Shown: in pieces, positions 1 to 11,951 of the stretch | How the letters are laid out: every line of letters starts with the position of its first letter | Numbering within the stretch: the first letter of the stretch is position 1 | NCBI GenBank assembly: GCA_051294905.1 | Contig: CM119380.1 | Coordinates: 2,108,001 to 2,172,000, forward strand | Direction of reading: 5' to 3' | Length of the DNA: 64,000 nt | From: Botryllus schlosseri | Lineage: Eukaryota | Position numbers and translations under genes: made by a program | Notes under the pieces: generated by a model | Seen by the model: the letters and a program-made list of their open reading frames with translations, nothing else | Told to the model about the DNA's origin: nothing | The model's database searches: none

Positions 1-19
1 TTACTGCCAAAACCATATG

Positions 20-965
20 TATTTTCAAAATCAGTGGAAATTTATCTACCAAATAATGGAAAGTCGATTTAACCGATGAAGATGTCCTTTGAGGCCTCGC
101 TACCTCCTGGTGACACTATAGCTATATGAGTGCAATCGATTGCCCCAACTACTCCAGGAAAACCAGCAATTTTATAGAAGCCTTCCTTGGTCTTTTGAGC
201 GTTAGCATATGAATACTGGATGAAGGAAGGCTTCTAAGTGGCGATGACGTAGGCTACTCTGTGAATGCTGCGCCTTGCTTTGCTGCGTGACGCACCAATC
301 AAATCTGCATCCGATTACTGTATGTGACCTTTAGCAAAAGACCTAACACCAGAAGAAATTGGAGCAGTGGGGGCAGGCATTGGGGTCGGGGATGGCAGTT
401 GTGGACGCTGAGAACAGCTTTGTTGCTGTTGGTCAATATGGTGGGGTCAATGATAGTAAATGTTGAAGGTAGGGTCAATGATAGTAAATGTTTCAGTAAC
501 TCTGTTTTTGGTCCTCTAACCAATTAGATCTGACATCAGCTTCTCTACGTGGGTTTCACAGTCCAACTCCTTATGTCTTTGTGGCAGATGAAGCCTTTCC
601 TCTGAACAGGCATATCATGAGCCAGGCCATTTCCTCGCTCACGTCGTATTTTCAGCTAGAGATTGTCATGTACCAGACTTGCTGAGAATGCTTTCGGGAT
701 ATTATCCACTCGCTTCTCTTGTTTTCGAAGGCCAATGGTTGTTTTACCTGAGCATGTGCATGTAGATGAAGTGTTCCGAGGTGTTCCGAGCCTCTGTACC
801 ATTCTACACAATTTTCTTATGATGTTGCAGTGAATGAAGAGCGCTGGTCATCGTCGCTACTGCCTATGATGAGACGGGGAAGAGAAGGGCTGGGAAAGCT
901 AGAGCCACACGATAAGAATACGTCACATACTTCAGCAGTAGTGAGGGGGCCGTTTCTTGGCAGCA
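20..965 (+). pseudogene. Decayed PIF/Harbinger transposase, possibly continuing beyond the window start
   Basis: Fragments in changing frames: GRVNDSKCFSNSVFG (~470-515), YVFVADEAFPLNRHIM (~580-630), RLAENAFGILSTRF (~675-720), CTILHNFL (~795-820), YF-SSEGAVSWQ (~930-963). These are the usual Harbinger DDE_Tnp_4 motifs, broken by stops and frameshifts. Confidence 0.85.
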
Positions 966-1365
966 TCACTGTATATAGTAGAATCAAACATTTTCAGTGT
1001 GCGTTTTGAAGAGTGTAATCCTTGACAGTGAAGTGATAAAGCTAATTATTTATTGTAACTTCCGGGACCTATTGTCAGCTGCAACTTGAATTGTAGTTGA
1101 TGTGCTCTCCCGTTGGATTGCTCTTCACTGATGCCTGCGATGAATGATTGAAAAAGGTCATGCATGTATCTTTGACATTTCTAGATGGTTTGTGGTCCAG
1201 TCCATCATACTACATGGTTGGTAATACGCAGTCTGAGGCATTGGTAATACGCAGTCTGAGGCAATGTCGACACCCAGTTAATCATATATAACGTCCTTAA
1301 GGCCTCTGCACACTGAGCTCGCGACCCGATAAAACGAGAGAATCGCGCCTGTCTGCGACGAGGCT

Positions 1366-2238
1366 ATGCTAGATACATCCGACTTCGAATATAACAATGT
1401 CCATTCATGCTCCTCATTATCAATTGAAGATGCTGCAGCCAATTTAAACAATACTAAAAGCTCAATGCACCTTTCTATCATTCATGTTAATTCCAGATCC
1501 CTAAGAAACCACATAGATGATGTAAATGATCTTATCTCGTTCTTCAATACCAAGCCTATGATTCTTGGCATATCAGAAACCAAGCTAATAACTCCTGACA
1601 CCGGTGGCTTGGCTCTTGATGGCTATCAGTTTTTTCATAAGCCAACTCCTACAAATGCTGGGGGTACCGGTGTTTTTGCCAATTCTTCTTGTACCACCGT
1701 TGCAGCAGACTGCTACAATCTAAACATGGCTGAGGTTGAGGATATCTGGATCGAAATCTCTTGTCCCATAGGAAGAGAAACATCCATAATAGTTGGAATT
1801 ATTTATAGACACCCCAATACATCCAACATTGATGACTTCTCAGAACATCTGTCACAAACTTTATCACTATTAAATGTAAATAAAAAGTTGTATTTCATCA
1901 TGGGAGATTTCAATATTAACTTACTATCGAAATCGCAACCCATATTACATTACATCAATATGTTGAAATCCCACGGTGCAGATCCAACTATTACACTTCC
2001 TACTCGACTTACTGACCACTCATCGACTTTGCTAGACCATATCTATACAAATGTGTCTTCCTGCCCTATATACCCTTTTGTTATCGAATATCCTCTTACA
2101 GACCATTTTCCAGTTTTGATTAAATGTCTCACAAGAGCTCCTTTATCCAATAAGAAACCTATCTATAAGGGCCTTCCTACCACCAACTCTCTTGAGAGTC
2201 TTCAAGATGCTGCTGTTCAGTCAGTTCGGCAGCTTTGA
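1366..2238 (+). CDS. LINE ORF2 apurinic-like (APE/EEP) endonuclease domain
   Basis: Motifs HVNSRSL, GISETKL, GGTGVF, GIIYRHPN, MGDFNINLL, PTR..STLLDHIYTN, TDHFPV. Out of frame with the RT ORF. Confidence 0.92.
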   Translation: MLDTSDFEYNNVHSCSSLSIEDAAANLNNTKSSMHLSIIHVNSRSLRNHIDDVNDLISFFNTKPMILGISETKLITPDTGGLALDGYQFFHKPTPTNAGGTGVFANSSCTTVAADCYNLNMAEVEDIWIEISCPIGRETSIIVGIIYRHPNTSNIDDFSEHLSQTLSLLNVNKKLYFIMGDFNINLLSKSQPILHYINMLKSHGADPTITLPTRLTDHSSTLLDHIYTNVSSCPIYPFVIEYPLTDHFPVLIKCLTRAPLSNKKPIYKGLPTTNSLESLQDAAVQSVRQL

Positions 2239-4321
2239 GATGACAGCATTAACATATGACACACTTGATATGACTTTCAATAATTTTATGACCGAACTTA
2301 TGAATTTGGTAGATCATCATATACCGTTATCATGTCTGTCACGTAAGCAGCGTAAGCTTTACTGCAAACCGTGGATCACTCCTGGTATCTTGAAGTCTAT
2401 CAAAACTAGAAATAATGTTCACCGTGTATGGTATTTAAATGGTACTGAAGCGCAACGCCGACAGTACAAGGCATATGCTAATAAGCTAAGCCACATTAAA
2501 ACGAAGGCAAAAAAATCATACTTCGCTCGTCACTTTCATAGCTGCAGAAACAATAAAGCTCAAACTTGGAAAACTATTAGAAACCTAATCAACCCTTCCA
2601 GCTCCCATGCCACCATCCCGCCTATTATAATTGATGACAACGGCAATTCTGTTAGCAATCCAAATAATGTAGCTAATGCATTAAATAATTACTTCACCTC
2701 TATTGGGCCAAAACTTGCATCTGATTGCCCTAATCTCCCCCCAAAACACTACCAAAGTACACCACGTAGTAGTACTAACAGTATATTCTTGAGTCCCACC
2801 AACATAGGAGAGATTAGCATAATAGTCGCCAACATGAGAAATAATAAAGCAGAGGGTCATGATAGGCTATTCGTGCAAATATTAAAGGCAGTTTTCCCTG
2901 CAATTTCTTCAATATTGGCTCATCTCTACAATCAATCCATGGCTTTAGGAATCTTTCCCGAAGCTCTTAAAGTAGCCCGAGTAGTTCCTGTACACAAAAA
3001 AGGAAACAGAATGTCAATGAATAATTATCGACCAATATCAGTCTTATCTTGCTTAGCAATACTTTTTGAAAAGCTTCTACACTCACCGCTCTCCGAATTT
3101 CTTCAAACCAGATTATGGCCCAATCAATTCGGCTTTCGAACTCATCACAATACTCAACATGCCATTTTAGATTTACTGCTCAAGTACCAATCAACAATTA
3201 TATCTAATGAGGTCGGTTGCTCCATATTTCTTGACTTGAAAAAAGCATTTGATACGGTAGATCATTCAATACTTCTGAATAAACTATGCTATAATGGGGT
3301 TAGAGGAACACCGCTAGCTTTGTTCAAGTCTTATCTAAATTGCCGCAAACAATTTGTTGGTGACCAATGTACGAAATCTGATCTAAGCGAAATTACTTGC
3401 GGTGTTCCTCAAGGCTCAGCTCTTGGCCCCCTTTTCTTTATCATTTACATAAACGACTTACCAGGTGCATCTAAATTCTCAACTACCTTATTTGCTGATG
3501 ACACTTGCCTGTATAAATCTGACCACAATTTGAGTATTCTACAAGACTCAGTCAGTATTGAGATGAAAAAAATCTGTCATTGGATGAGCCTCAATAAATT
3601 GAATATCAATGCAACAAAAACTCAAGTCCTTCTTATCAATGTCAGACCTAAGATCTTGTTACCTTCTCCATTTTTGACCATTGACAAAGATAAACTATCA
3701 GCAGTCCCTAATGTCAAATATTTGGGACTATGTATTGATAAAGATTTGAGTTGGAAGCCTCAACTAGCAGCTCTTGCCAGCAAATTAGCGCAGGCAGTAG
3801 GTATTATAGCTCGCTTGCGACATATTCTCCCTAGATCTGTACTAAGAGACATATATTTTTCACTCTTCCACTCTCACCTCGACTATGGAATCATCTTTTG
3901 GGGGTTAACTTACGATACCTACTTGAATCAAATCGCAGTTCTCCAAAATAGGGCTATCCGTTTGATAAGTGGCATGGGCCGATACGAGCGTCTTTCTCCA
4001 AGATATAAATCCCTGGGGATATTGAAAGTGCGCGACCTCTGCACTTATGAAATTGCCAAGACCATGTACCGATATCACCATGGTGAATTCCCTTCTGCTC
4101 TTAGCCGCATCTTTACGCCATCTGCCGGTGTCCACTCTCACGGAACTAGATCCGCCACCGCTGGAAATATCTTTATAAACAATTTAGCCGCTAGTGTGTG
4201 CCAGAGATCCCTAACTTTTGTTGGTCCAAGGATTTGGAACTCCTTATCAATAGAGCACAGAGGTTTGTCATTTGCATCATTCTGTCGGAATTTTAAGTCT
4301 AAGCTCATTTCTACATATTGA
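2192..4321 (+). CDS. LINE ORF2 reverse transcriptase domain
   Basis: KPWIT, YRPISVL, QFGFR, FLDLKKAFDTVDH, GVPQGSALGP, LFADDT, KYLG, YGIIFWG in a 709-aa open frame. Confidence 0.95.
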   Translation: MRVFKMLLFSQFGSFEMTALTYDTLDMTFNNFMTELMNLVDHHIPLSCLSRKQRKLYCKPWITPGILKSIKTRNNVHRVWYLNGTEAQRRQYKAYANKLSHIKTKAKKSYFARHFHSCRNNKAQTWKTIRNLINPSSSHATIPPIIIDDNGNSVSNPNNVANALNNYFTSIGPKLASDCPNLPPKHYQSTPRSSTNSIFLSPTNIGEISIIVANMRNNKAEGHDRLFVQILKAVFPAISSILAHLYNQSMALGIFPEALKVARVVPVHKKGNRMSMNNYRPISVLSCLAILFEKLLHSPLSEFLQTRLWPNQFGFRTHHNTQHAILDLLLKYQSTIISNEVGCSIFLDLKKAFDTVDHSILLNKLCYNGVRGTPLALFKSYLNCRKQFVGDQCTKSDLSEITCGVPQGSALGPLFFIIYINDLPGASKFSTTLFADDTCLYKSDHNLSILQDSVSIEMKKICHWMSLNKLNINATKTQVLLINVRPKILLPSPFLTIDKDKLSAVPNVKYLGLCIDKDLSWKPQLAALASKLAQAVGIIARLRHILPRSVLRDIYFSLFHSHLDYGIIFWGLTYDTYLNQIAVLQNRAIRLISGMGRYERLSPRYKSLGILKVRDLCTYEIAKTMYRYHHGEFPSALSRIFTPSAGVHSHGTRSATAGNIFINNLAASVCQRSLTFVGPRIWNSLSIEHRGLSFASFCRNFKSKLISTY

Positions 4322-4638
4322 GACCTGAGAGTATAATCTGGTATTTATTTTGAACTAGTGTTACAGTTTTTTATTTTTCTACTACCACTGTTTTGCGTTT
4401 GCGTTTTGTTGTTTAATCTTTTGTTGAAGTGTTACTGACCGACAGTTGCATGATATAAATGTTCTAACGTTACGCCTTGACTACAGCTGACTTGAAGACT
4501 ACACATCTTGATGTGGTCATATCGCTGTGTTTGTCTTTTTTACATATTTGTGTGAACAATCATCGTACGAATAAAGAATATGTCACCGGAGTTGCCGGCA
4601 ACTCGCAACATCACGTCTGCGACAGGGTTGCGCAACTC

Positions 4639-4672
4639 CGCGACAAAGTTGAAAATTTTCAACTTTGTCGCG
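4639..4672. repeat. Perfect 34-bp palindrome in the Harbinger A left subterminal region
   Basis: cgcgacaaagttgaaaa|ttttcaactttgtcgcg; extends with one bulge to about 4631-4679. Confidence 0.95.
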
Positions 4673-4929
4673 AGTTGCGAGCGAGGTCGCATCACTTACT
4701 GAGCGTGGTCTCGATGTCACCGCTGTACTTTACCCCGGTATTTATGTTTTACGACGACTACAATAGTTTCTTGATCGAATTAAGATTGACTTGAGGTCAT
4801 TGTAGATCTTGAGGCACTTCTTCGATGGCAGTCAGAGATCGAAAAGTGTTCATCATAAGCACCAATGTATGTTTTCCATGAACACAAATATATATTTATA
4901 AACGTCAAAATAAATTGTGTTTTTTTGTG

Positions 4930-5900
4930 CCTTAGGGGAGACGGACATTAGGGTGGGGGAACGGGAGATTGGAAGTGGGTTAGGTTAGGGTATCCCAAGA
5001 TTGGGGTTGGAAAAGGGGGATATCCGGGCGGGGGAAAGGGGGATATTAGGGCTGGGGAAATGGGATATCGGAGGTAGGTTAGGGTCAAAGTTGGGTTGGG
5101 GTATCCCAAGATTAGGGTTGCGGAAGGGGGATATTAGGGTTGGGGAAAGTGGGATATTAGGGTTGGGGGATTGGAGGTGGGTTAGGGTATCTCAAGATTA
5201 GGGTTGGGGAAGGGGGTATTGGGGTTCGGGAAATAAGGTGTTAGGGTCAAAGTTGGGTTAGGGTATCCCAAGATTAGGGTTGGGGAAGGGGGAATTAGGT
5301 TTGGGGTAAAGGGGGATATTAGGGTTGGGGGAAAGGGAGATTGGAGGCGGGTTAAACCCCGGTTAGGAGTAATCTAACCCCAACTTTGAACCTAACCCAC
5401 CTCCAACCTTGATATCCCCTCCCCAACCCTAATATCCCACTTCCCGAACCCTAATATCCTCCCTCCTGCAACCCTAATATCCCCTAACCCCAACCCTAAT
5501 ATTTCCCTCCCCCAACCCTAATATCCCCCCTATCACTACCCTAATATCCCCCTCCCGCAACCCTAATATCCCCCTCCCCAATATCCCACTTCCCTAACCC
5601 TAATATCCTCCCTCCCGCAACCCTGTATTCCCCAACCCTAATATTTCCCCCCCCCAACCCTAATATCCCCTATCCCAACCCTAATATCCCCCTCCCCAAC
5701 CCTAATATCCCACTTTCCTAACCCTAATATCCTCGCTCCCGCAACCCTAATATCCCCTAACCCAACCCTAATCTTCCCCAACCCTAATATCCCCCTTCCC
5801 CAACCCTAATATCCCCCCTCTCACAACCCTAATATCCCCCTCCCGCAACCCTAATATCCCCATCCCCCACCCTAATACGCCAACCCTAATATTGGGATAC
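4930..5900. repeat. Head-to-head degenerate telomere-like minisatellite (about 22-bp unit CAACCCTAATATCCCCCTCCC)
   Basis: G-strand array about 4930-5355, C-strand array about 5375-5900 with roughly two dozen CCCTAA hexamers embedded in C runs. Confidence 0.9.
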
Positions 5901-5907
5901 CCACAAC

Positions 5908-6102
5908 CAATGTTCCCTCTAATTTTCGACGAGTCTGCGCACACTCACCAACTCACTGCGCAGATCTTTGGACAACAGTGCGTAAACGTCTGAAAAAAAG
6001 GTCATCACTTCGGATTTTTTGTGCGCAGCTTAGAATTTCTGTGCGCAGAGACCATGTCAGCACTGCGCATTTGCGCACGTGCGCAGCTTAGAGGAAACAT
6101 TG
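5908..6102. mobile_element. hAT-type MITE nested in the foldback element
   Basis: TIRs caatgttccctctaa / ttagaggaaacattg (1 mismatch); 8-bp TSD cccacaac (5900-5907 and 6103-6110); TGCGCA subterminal repeats. Confidence 0.9.
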
Positions 6103-6768
6103 CCCACAACCCAACTTTGACCCTAACCCTCTCCAAACGCAAAACAATATATTTTGACGTTTATAAATTTTTATTCGTGTTCATGGAAAACATTCATTGG
6201 TCATCATGGTTAACACTTTTCGATCTCTGACTGCCATCGAAGAAGTGCCGATCTTGAAGCATTGCAAGAGCACTTTTGTGCCGTCAGCTGTATTAGTAGG
6301 CATACTTTGTGAAGAGTCACACCGGTACTTGAAGTCCATGAGACAGTTGATAGTTTCAGAGCGAAAATGATTGGGATATATAGCCTGTGTGTGTCTCGTT
6401 ATGGAAGCGTAATGGATTTCGGTTTTATGTAACCTACCTTATGCACTGCCCGAAAAACAAGTGGTCAAAGTGTGTCGAGTTGGAATCGAAATTTCTGATA
6501 CCAATAGATCTCAAGACCGTAACCTTTGAAATGATCAGGTAGCATGGTACAGATGTCAGATTCCATCAATGTTCCATTTTATCGAGCTTTTGGGTACAGT
6601 GCACACTAGTATAGCAGTACCGTACACAATAGTATATCCTAATTTGAGCGGAGAAATAACAACAGGAAAAGAAAGATTCGTAATTTGACTTTGAAAGCTT
6701 GTTTGGCTTACAGTTTATTTGAAGATGCTTTCCCAGGTGTCAGCAGGTGTGTCATTTAGCTGCTGAAT

Positions 6769-8042
6769 TTGTATTTTCTCTGCTGTAATTTGGTGTATGA
6801 AACTTTCTTGAGCAGATCATTTTGGACGCATGACTTATGGCAGGAAAGAGATGAGAAGTCCGAGTTTCTCTTGGCAGAAAGTCTTCTGTGTGAAAATGGG
6901 GACCCGCAACTGTGTCATAAATATTTTCGAATGTCGAGAGAAAAATTCTATAAATTATTGGATTTAATTAAGGAGGATATTTTCCATGAGGATACAAATT
7001 TTAGAAAAGCAATTGCTCCTCAAAGAAGACTGATTGTTACATTGAGGTTGGAAATGAGATAAGATATAAGATTGCGATCCAATATCTCAAATCTGTTATT
7101 TGCAGGTATTTGATAACTGGTGCTACCCAACAAGACTTGTCGTTTTCTTTCCGAGTTGGTCACAGCACTGTTGGGGTGATTCTTGACGAATGCTGTAAGG
7201 CTATATGGAATAAACTCATTGCGTTAGAGCTTGCTCCGCCTACAACAGCAAAGTGGCAAGAAATCGCTCGTGACTTTGACAGCATTTGGCAATTCCCCAA
7301 TTGCATAGGTGCAATGGATGAGAAACACATTAGACTAAAGGCTCCCTCCAATTCCGGCAGTGAATATTATAACTATAAGGGCTATTTTTCACTCGTTCTT
7401 TGGGCTGTCTGTGATGCAAATTACCGTTTTATATTGGTTGATATTGGTGACTCTGGACGTCACAGTGACGGAGGTGTGTTTAGCAACTCGCAAATTGGAA
7501 AGAGATTTGAAAATAACACTTTGGCAATTCCTCCAGCCAGCTTTTTGCCTTCGACCAACATTATAATGCCTTATTTTTTTGCATGTGATGATGCCTTTCC
7601 ACTACAAATTGGTATGCTTAAACCATACCCTGGACGTTTTCTTGGGAGAGCAATGAGAATTTTCAACTACAGGCTCTGTGGAGCTAGACGGGTCGTAGAA
7701 AATGCTTTTGGGATACTAGCAGTTCGATTTCAGATCTTCTATCGTCCAATCGGCTGTGATGTAGAGCGGGCCAAAGTTGTTGTGCAAGCTGCAGTTGTTT
7801 TGCATAATTATTTGCAATCCAGTAACAGTAGCAGAAGGGCCGACATTGGTATTCAAGGGGACGTTGTTTGTTCAAATAGCAGTATCATTGATGGAAGTTG
7901 GCGAGCCGAATTTCCCACAGTTATCCAAGACGGCCACTATGCCGCTTTATCATCCATGGGATCAAATAACTACAGCAGGGAAGTTGGACATTATAGAAAT
8001 ATATTAATGAGATATTTTGAGACGGTTGGGTCAGTTCCCTAG
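6769..8042 (+). CDS. Harbinger A DDE transposase (spliced; start unresolved; possibly defective)
   Basis: YFRMS..F..LL exon joined through a GT-AG intron (7047-7105) to give VTLR|YLITG; then CIGAMDEKHI (usual G replaced by E), YYNYKG, GRHSDGGVF, FACDDAFPL, ARRVVENAFG, LHNYL, YFETVGSVP. Confidence 0.88.
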
Positions 8043-8209
8043 CAGTGAACTTGTTTGAGTGTTTCTTGGCAGATTTCATTTTGTTGTGTTTGATACATTC
8101 TTTTTGTATTGATGAAGAAAGTTCTCCACTACTGTTATGCTGAATTTTCTCCACAGATTGGTAGTCTATAAAATAAACCTGTCTGAAAGTTGGAATTCAA
8201 GATTATTAA

Positions 8210-9471
8210 ATGGATTCCTTTTTTAACCATCGGCTCATCGACCTTGTGTCCCAGCATGCAGCAATCTGGGATGTTCAACTGCATCAACATAAAAACCGGC
8301 CAATGATCGAGGATGCGTGGAGATATATCGCAGCTACCCTCTCAGTTTCTCGTGAGTATATGGACTTGCACATAGTCAGCTGGGAGACCAGACATTTACA
8401 ACTCTGACCTTCTTTTTCAGCTGATCTTTGCCAGCGACGTTGGACAAGTCTTCGGACACAATATGGCAGAAAACACAAGAAGCGGAAGGATATTCCCAGT
8501 GGGTCGGCTGCAGCCGTTCCCGAAACTTGGATATATTACTCTCAAATGAGTTTTCTAGATCCAGTCTTAACCCACAAAGAGTAATGGATGCCATTTTGTC
8601 ATTAGTTCAGCAATTAAGTAATTTTAAAATTGTTGCTGGTTTATTTTTAGTTCAGTTGATAATTTGAGTTCACAACCAGTGCTGCTGGAAGATCAGGTGG
8701 ATGTGAGCATTTCGGCATCTAGCGATGGTGACATGAGTTCAGATATTTTTAATACAACATATATATCCTCATGGTGCTTGATAGTTTCAGGGGGCTCGAT
8801 CAACGTCTCCGCAGTTGCTGCAAATCTAGAATCCCCAGTTGCTGCTGATGTGGATTCGCAGAATCAGACTGCCCAACGATACCAAAATAAAAAGAGGCCT
8901 TATTGTCATGCAGACAAGAGCAAAGTTCAAGTAATTACAGTAGGCCTAGGCCTACCTCGTGTCAAAGGTGGTATCAATAGTCACTTTAACATTGCACAAC
9001 TGAACGTCAACTAAGCGCATAAACAAAACTAGTTAGTTTATTTATGAGTGTAGATGTGTGGCCAATGTATGAGTGTAAGATGTGTGGCCAGAGTCATGAT
9101 TGGTTATTTTGAATATTACAGAGCTAAATGAAAGAGATAAATGGGAGGCAGTAGACCATTGGTTTTTCAGTATGTTGATAGTTGAGTCTCTGAAAATATT
9201 TTTCAGTTTGGCTGTGAATATGTAATTGGGGGTTGGTTATGCTCATATGTCATATAAGCCTACCACAGCTTCCTATTGTAATTATGTTCATAAATCTATT
9301 TTTAAGGAGGAGATGATAAAGTACCTGAGAGCTTCGACTGAAGAAGTAAGCCAGCCCACGGACCAGTTTCAAACTTTTGGCGACTTCATCACAAACCAGT
9401 TGCGGTTGATGCCTGAAGAGCAATCCAGAATCAAAATGAAAAAAATGTCTGAGATTATCTTTGAAGACTAA
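8210..9471 (+). CDS. Harbinger A accessory MADF (Myb/SANT-like) protein with C-terminal BESS-like motif, multi-exon
   Basis: Exon 8210-8351 (LIDLV..H.AIWD..H.N..EDAW..IA), intron 8352-8420, exon 8421-8580 (CQRRWTSLRTQY..SGS..WIYYSQMSFL), exon from 8651, last exon ending ..FGDFITNQL..MP..KMSEIIFED* at 9471. Middle exon boundaries are uncertain. Confidence 0.8.
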
Positions 9472-9552
9472 TTGAAAAATAAAATGAAATTGCTGTCGAA
9501 TGTCGGACTGAAGTTGTGCACCGGGATATGAAGACTTGCTGGTCACTGAAAC

Positions 9553-9934
9553 CAGGGTTGGACCATTAGAAAATTCTCAGCTTTTCACAATTGAATTCGA
9601 ATTACAGACTTTGAAGTTTTCTCCAAATTTGAGTAGAACTATAATTATAGCTACAGTTATCTCCAAATCACAATCATAGCTTCGGTTTTCTTAAAATTAC
9701 AGTAGAATTACCGAATTCGCAAAAACTAGGGACATTGAACCAACAATCAGTATGACCATAGCAAACGTCTGTACAGCAGGTTGGCTCGCTTTGCACTATA
9801 CGGCTCTGCAGCGTTTACAGGAAACCAGAAATTGGATTATAGCAAAGTAAGATGTCATAAATTGGATCATAATTACAATCATTTCGCTTTAATTAGAATA
9901 TTGACAAATAGAATTATCTAAATGGCCAAGTCTG
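9553..9934. mobile_element. hAT-type MITE with AATTAC/GAATTA subterminal repeats
   Basis: Termini cagggttggac / ggccaagtctg; TSD actgaaac versus actgaagc (7/8). A related fragment lies at about 24060-24190. Confidence 0.65.
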
Positions 9935-10064
9935 ACTGAAGCCGTATGCAGAGGATATTAAGTTTGTGTCGTATGTAGTCATAGTTTTGAATTATGCCGA
10001 GCCTAAATCTACAATGGCAGATGACGCAATACATTTTTTTATTGTGCGACTTCATTCATACGAT

Positions 10065-11951
10065 TACAGATGTTGATCGCCCTCCGATGACTTTCTCTCG
10101 TACTTGAGTCCTGGCCCTCAGAAATCCATTTTTCTTGAGCCGACAAGTGAAGGAGAAGTTGCGATCATATTATCTGAAATGAAAAGTAACAAAGCAGTAG
10201 GACCCGATCTCATCCCAACACACTTTCTGAAGCTAGTCTTTAATATTATTGGTGATGTTATATGCATTTTCTTTAATGAGTCGATACGTCTAGGCATTTT
10301 CCCAGATGCACTGAAAACTGCCAGAGTAATGCCAGTGTTTAAGAAAGGCTGTAAAAAGCTAATTTCGAACTACCGACCAATCTCTGTTTTGCCAAATCTT
10401 GCCACGGTTTTTGAGAAACTGATTGACTGCAGACTCAAGAATTTTTTCGAACTGAATGCAGTACTGTCCCCGACTCAGCATGGATTCAGATCAAACCACA
10501 ACACCAACCATGCAATACTATCAATTGTAACGGACTATTACAAAACCATCAAGCAAAAAGAAAGTGGCTGCAGCATTTTTATCGACCTCCGCAAAGCCTT
10601 CGACACAGTTAACCACAGAATCTTAAGATACAAGCTAGAGCACTATGGAATCAGGGGTATTGCAGCAACTCTACTTGGAAGCTACCTGGCAAACCGCAAA
10701 CAATTTGTTAAACTGGGGACATTAAGAACGACTACCAGAGATATAACTTGTGGAGTGCCACAAGGCTCAGTCCTTGGACCGACTTTTTTCCTCATTTATA
10801 TTAACGACATTGTTAATGCATCTTTATTCCGCACAACCCTATTTGCTGATGATACTCACCTCTTCATTACCTCCAACACTGTCGATGATTTGCATGCATC
10901 TGTGAATAGGGAACTCCCAAAAGTGTCGAGATGGCTGCAAGCAAACAAACTAAGTTTGAATGCAGATAAGACCGAGATGCTCCTTTTAAATAACGCTAGT
11001 CATAGTTTCACTGTGGACATCATCATAAACAAATCTCCATATGTGACTCAGCAAAATATCTTGGCGTCACCATTGATGCCAAAATGTCCTGGAAGCAGCA
11101 TATTGAATGCACAATATCAAAACTAGCTCGGTGTGTGGGAATAATGACCCGTCTGCAATCTTTTGTTTCCAGATCAGTACTACGAACCATCTATTTCTCT
11201 CTTTTCCACTCTCACCTGCAATATGGAATCGTAGTATGGGGAAGTGCATGCACAACATTTTTGTGCAGAATTCGAACCCTGCAAAACCGTGCGATACGGC
11301 TGATCTCATCTGTACCTTTACGTACCAAACTATCGCCTTACTACCGTAAGCACCGAATTTTGCAAGTTGACAAACTATACCGCTTCGAAGTATCAAAAGT
11401 CATTCACAAATATTTTTCCAATAGTTTGCCTCCTGTGTTTGATGACTTTTTCATACCTGCCAAAAATGTCCACTCCCACTACACGAGATCCTCGTCTAAA
11501 GGAAACATCTACTTACCCCCACCCAATAGCAACCTAACTAAGAGATCTATCGACTACTCGGGACCTATCATCTGGAATGCATTACCACCACACATCCGTG
11601 AATTGCCTTATAATAGATTCAAAAAAGCCCTACTTGATCACCTCTTGTCGTTACACTAACACTGTTGCCCTACCTCGCCCAGACATTGCTTCATTGATCA
11701 TTTGCTACCATCGTTTAATTTGTCTTCTATTTTATTTTTTTAACTACTGTAACCTTTTTTACAGCCAGACTGCTCAGAGTCAAGTGTACCTGTTTGATGC
11801 TGGTGTGATCAGACTAGATGACCTTCACGGTCTTATCGATCATTCCTATCTAATACCGAATACTGTGCAGTGTGCAAGCATATTTTCTGTACCACCATCA
11901 CTGCCGTGTGTTATGTATTTTGGTTGGAAGAAAATAAATACTCTCTCTCTC
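10065..11951 (+). mobile_element. 5'-truncated CR1/L2-group LINE (LINE-b), nested in Harbinger A
   Basis: RT-only coding region and 3' UTR ending with AATAAA (11933-11938) followed by (CT)n. Confidence 0.88.
10104..11659 (+). pseudogene. LINE-b reverse transcriptase with one frameshift near 11030
   Basis: YRPISVL, QHGFR, FIDLRKAFDTVNH, GVPQGSVLGP, LFADDT. After a 1-nt shift it continues ICDSAKYLGVTID..SWKQH into ORF 11084-11659. Confidence 0.9.

Larger units (their letters stand above)
1366..4580 (+). mobile_element. CR1/L2-group non-LTR retrotransposon (LINE-a), ORF2 plus 3' UTR, nested in Harbinger A
   Basis: APE endonuclease ORF followed by an RT ORF; AATAAA at 4570-4575, after which Harbinger subterminal GCGAC-rich sequence resumes. 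No ORF1 is visible (5' truncated). Confidence 0.9.
4813..6249. mobile_element. Non-autonomous foldback DNA element with telomere-like internal arrays
   Basis: About 105-bp TIRs starting GGCACTTCTTCGATGGCAGTCAGAGATCGAAAA; exact 8-bp TSD gatcttga (4805-4812 and 6250-6257). Interior is a G-rich TTAGGG-containing array followed by a C-rich CCCTAA-containing array. Confidence 0.9.

Noticed and set aside
4930-5900. True telomere or chromosome-fusion scar
   Set aside because: The TTAGGG hexamers are embedded in a degenerate 22-bp unit, and the array is enclosed by TIRs and an exact 8-bp TSD, so it arrived as an insertion.
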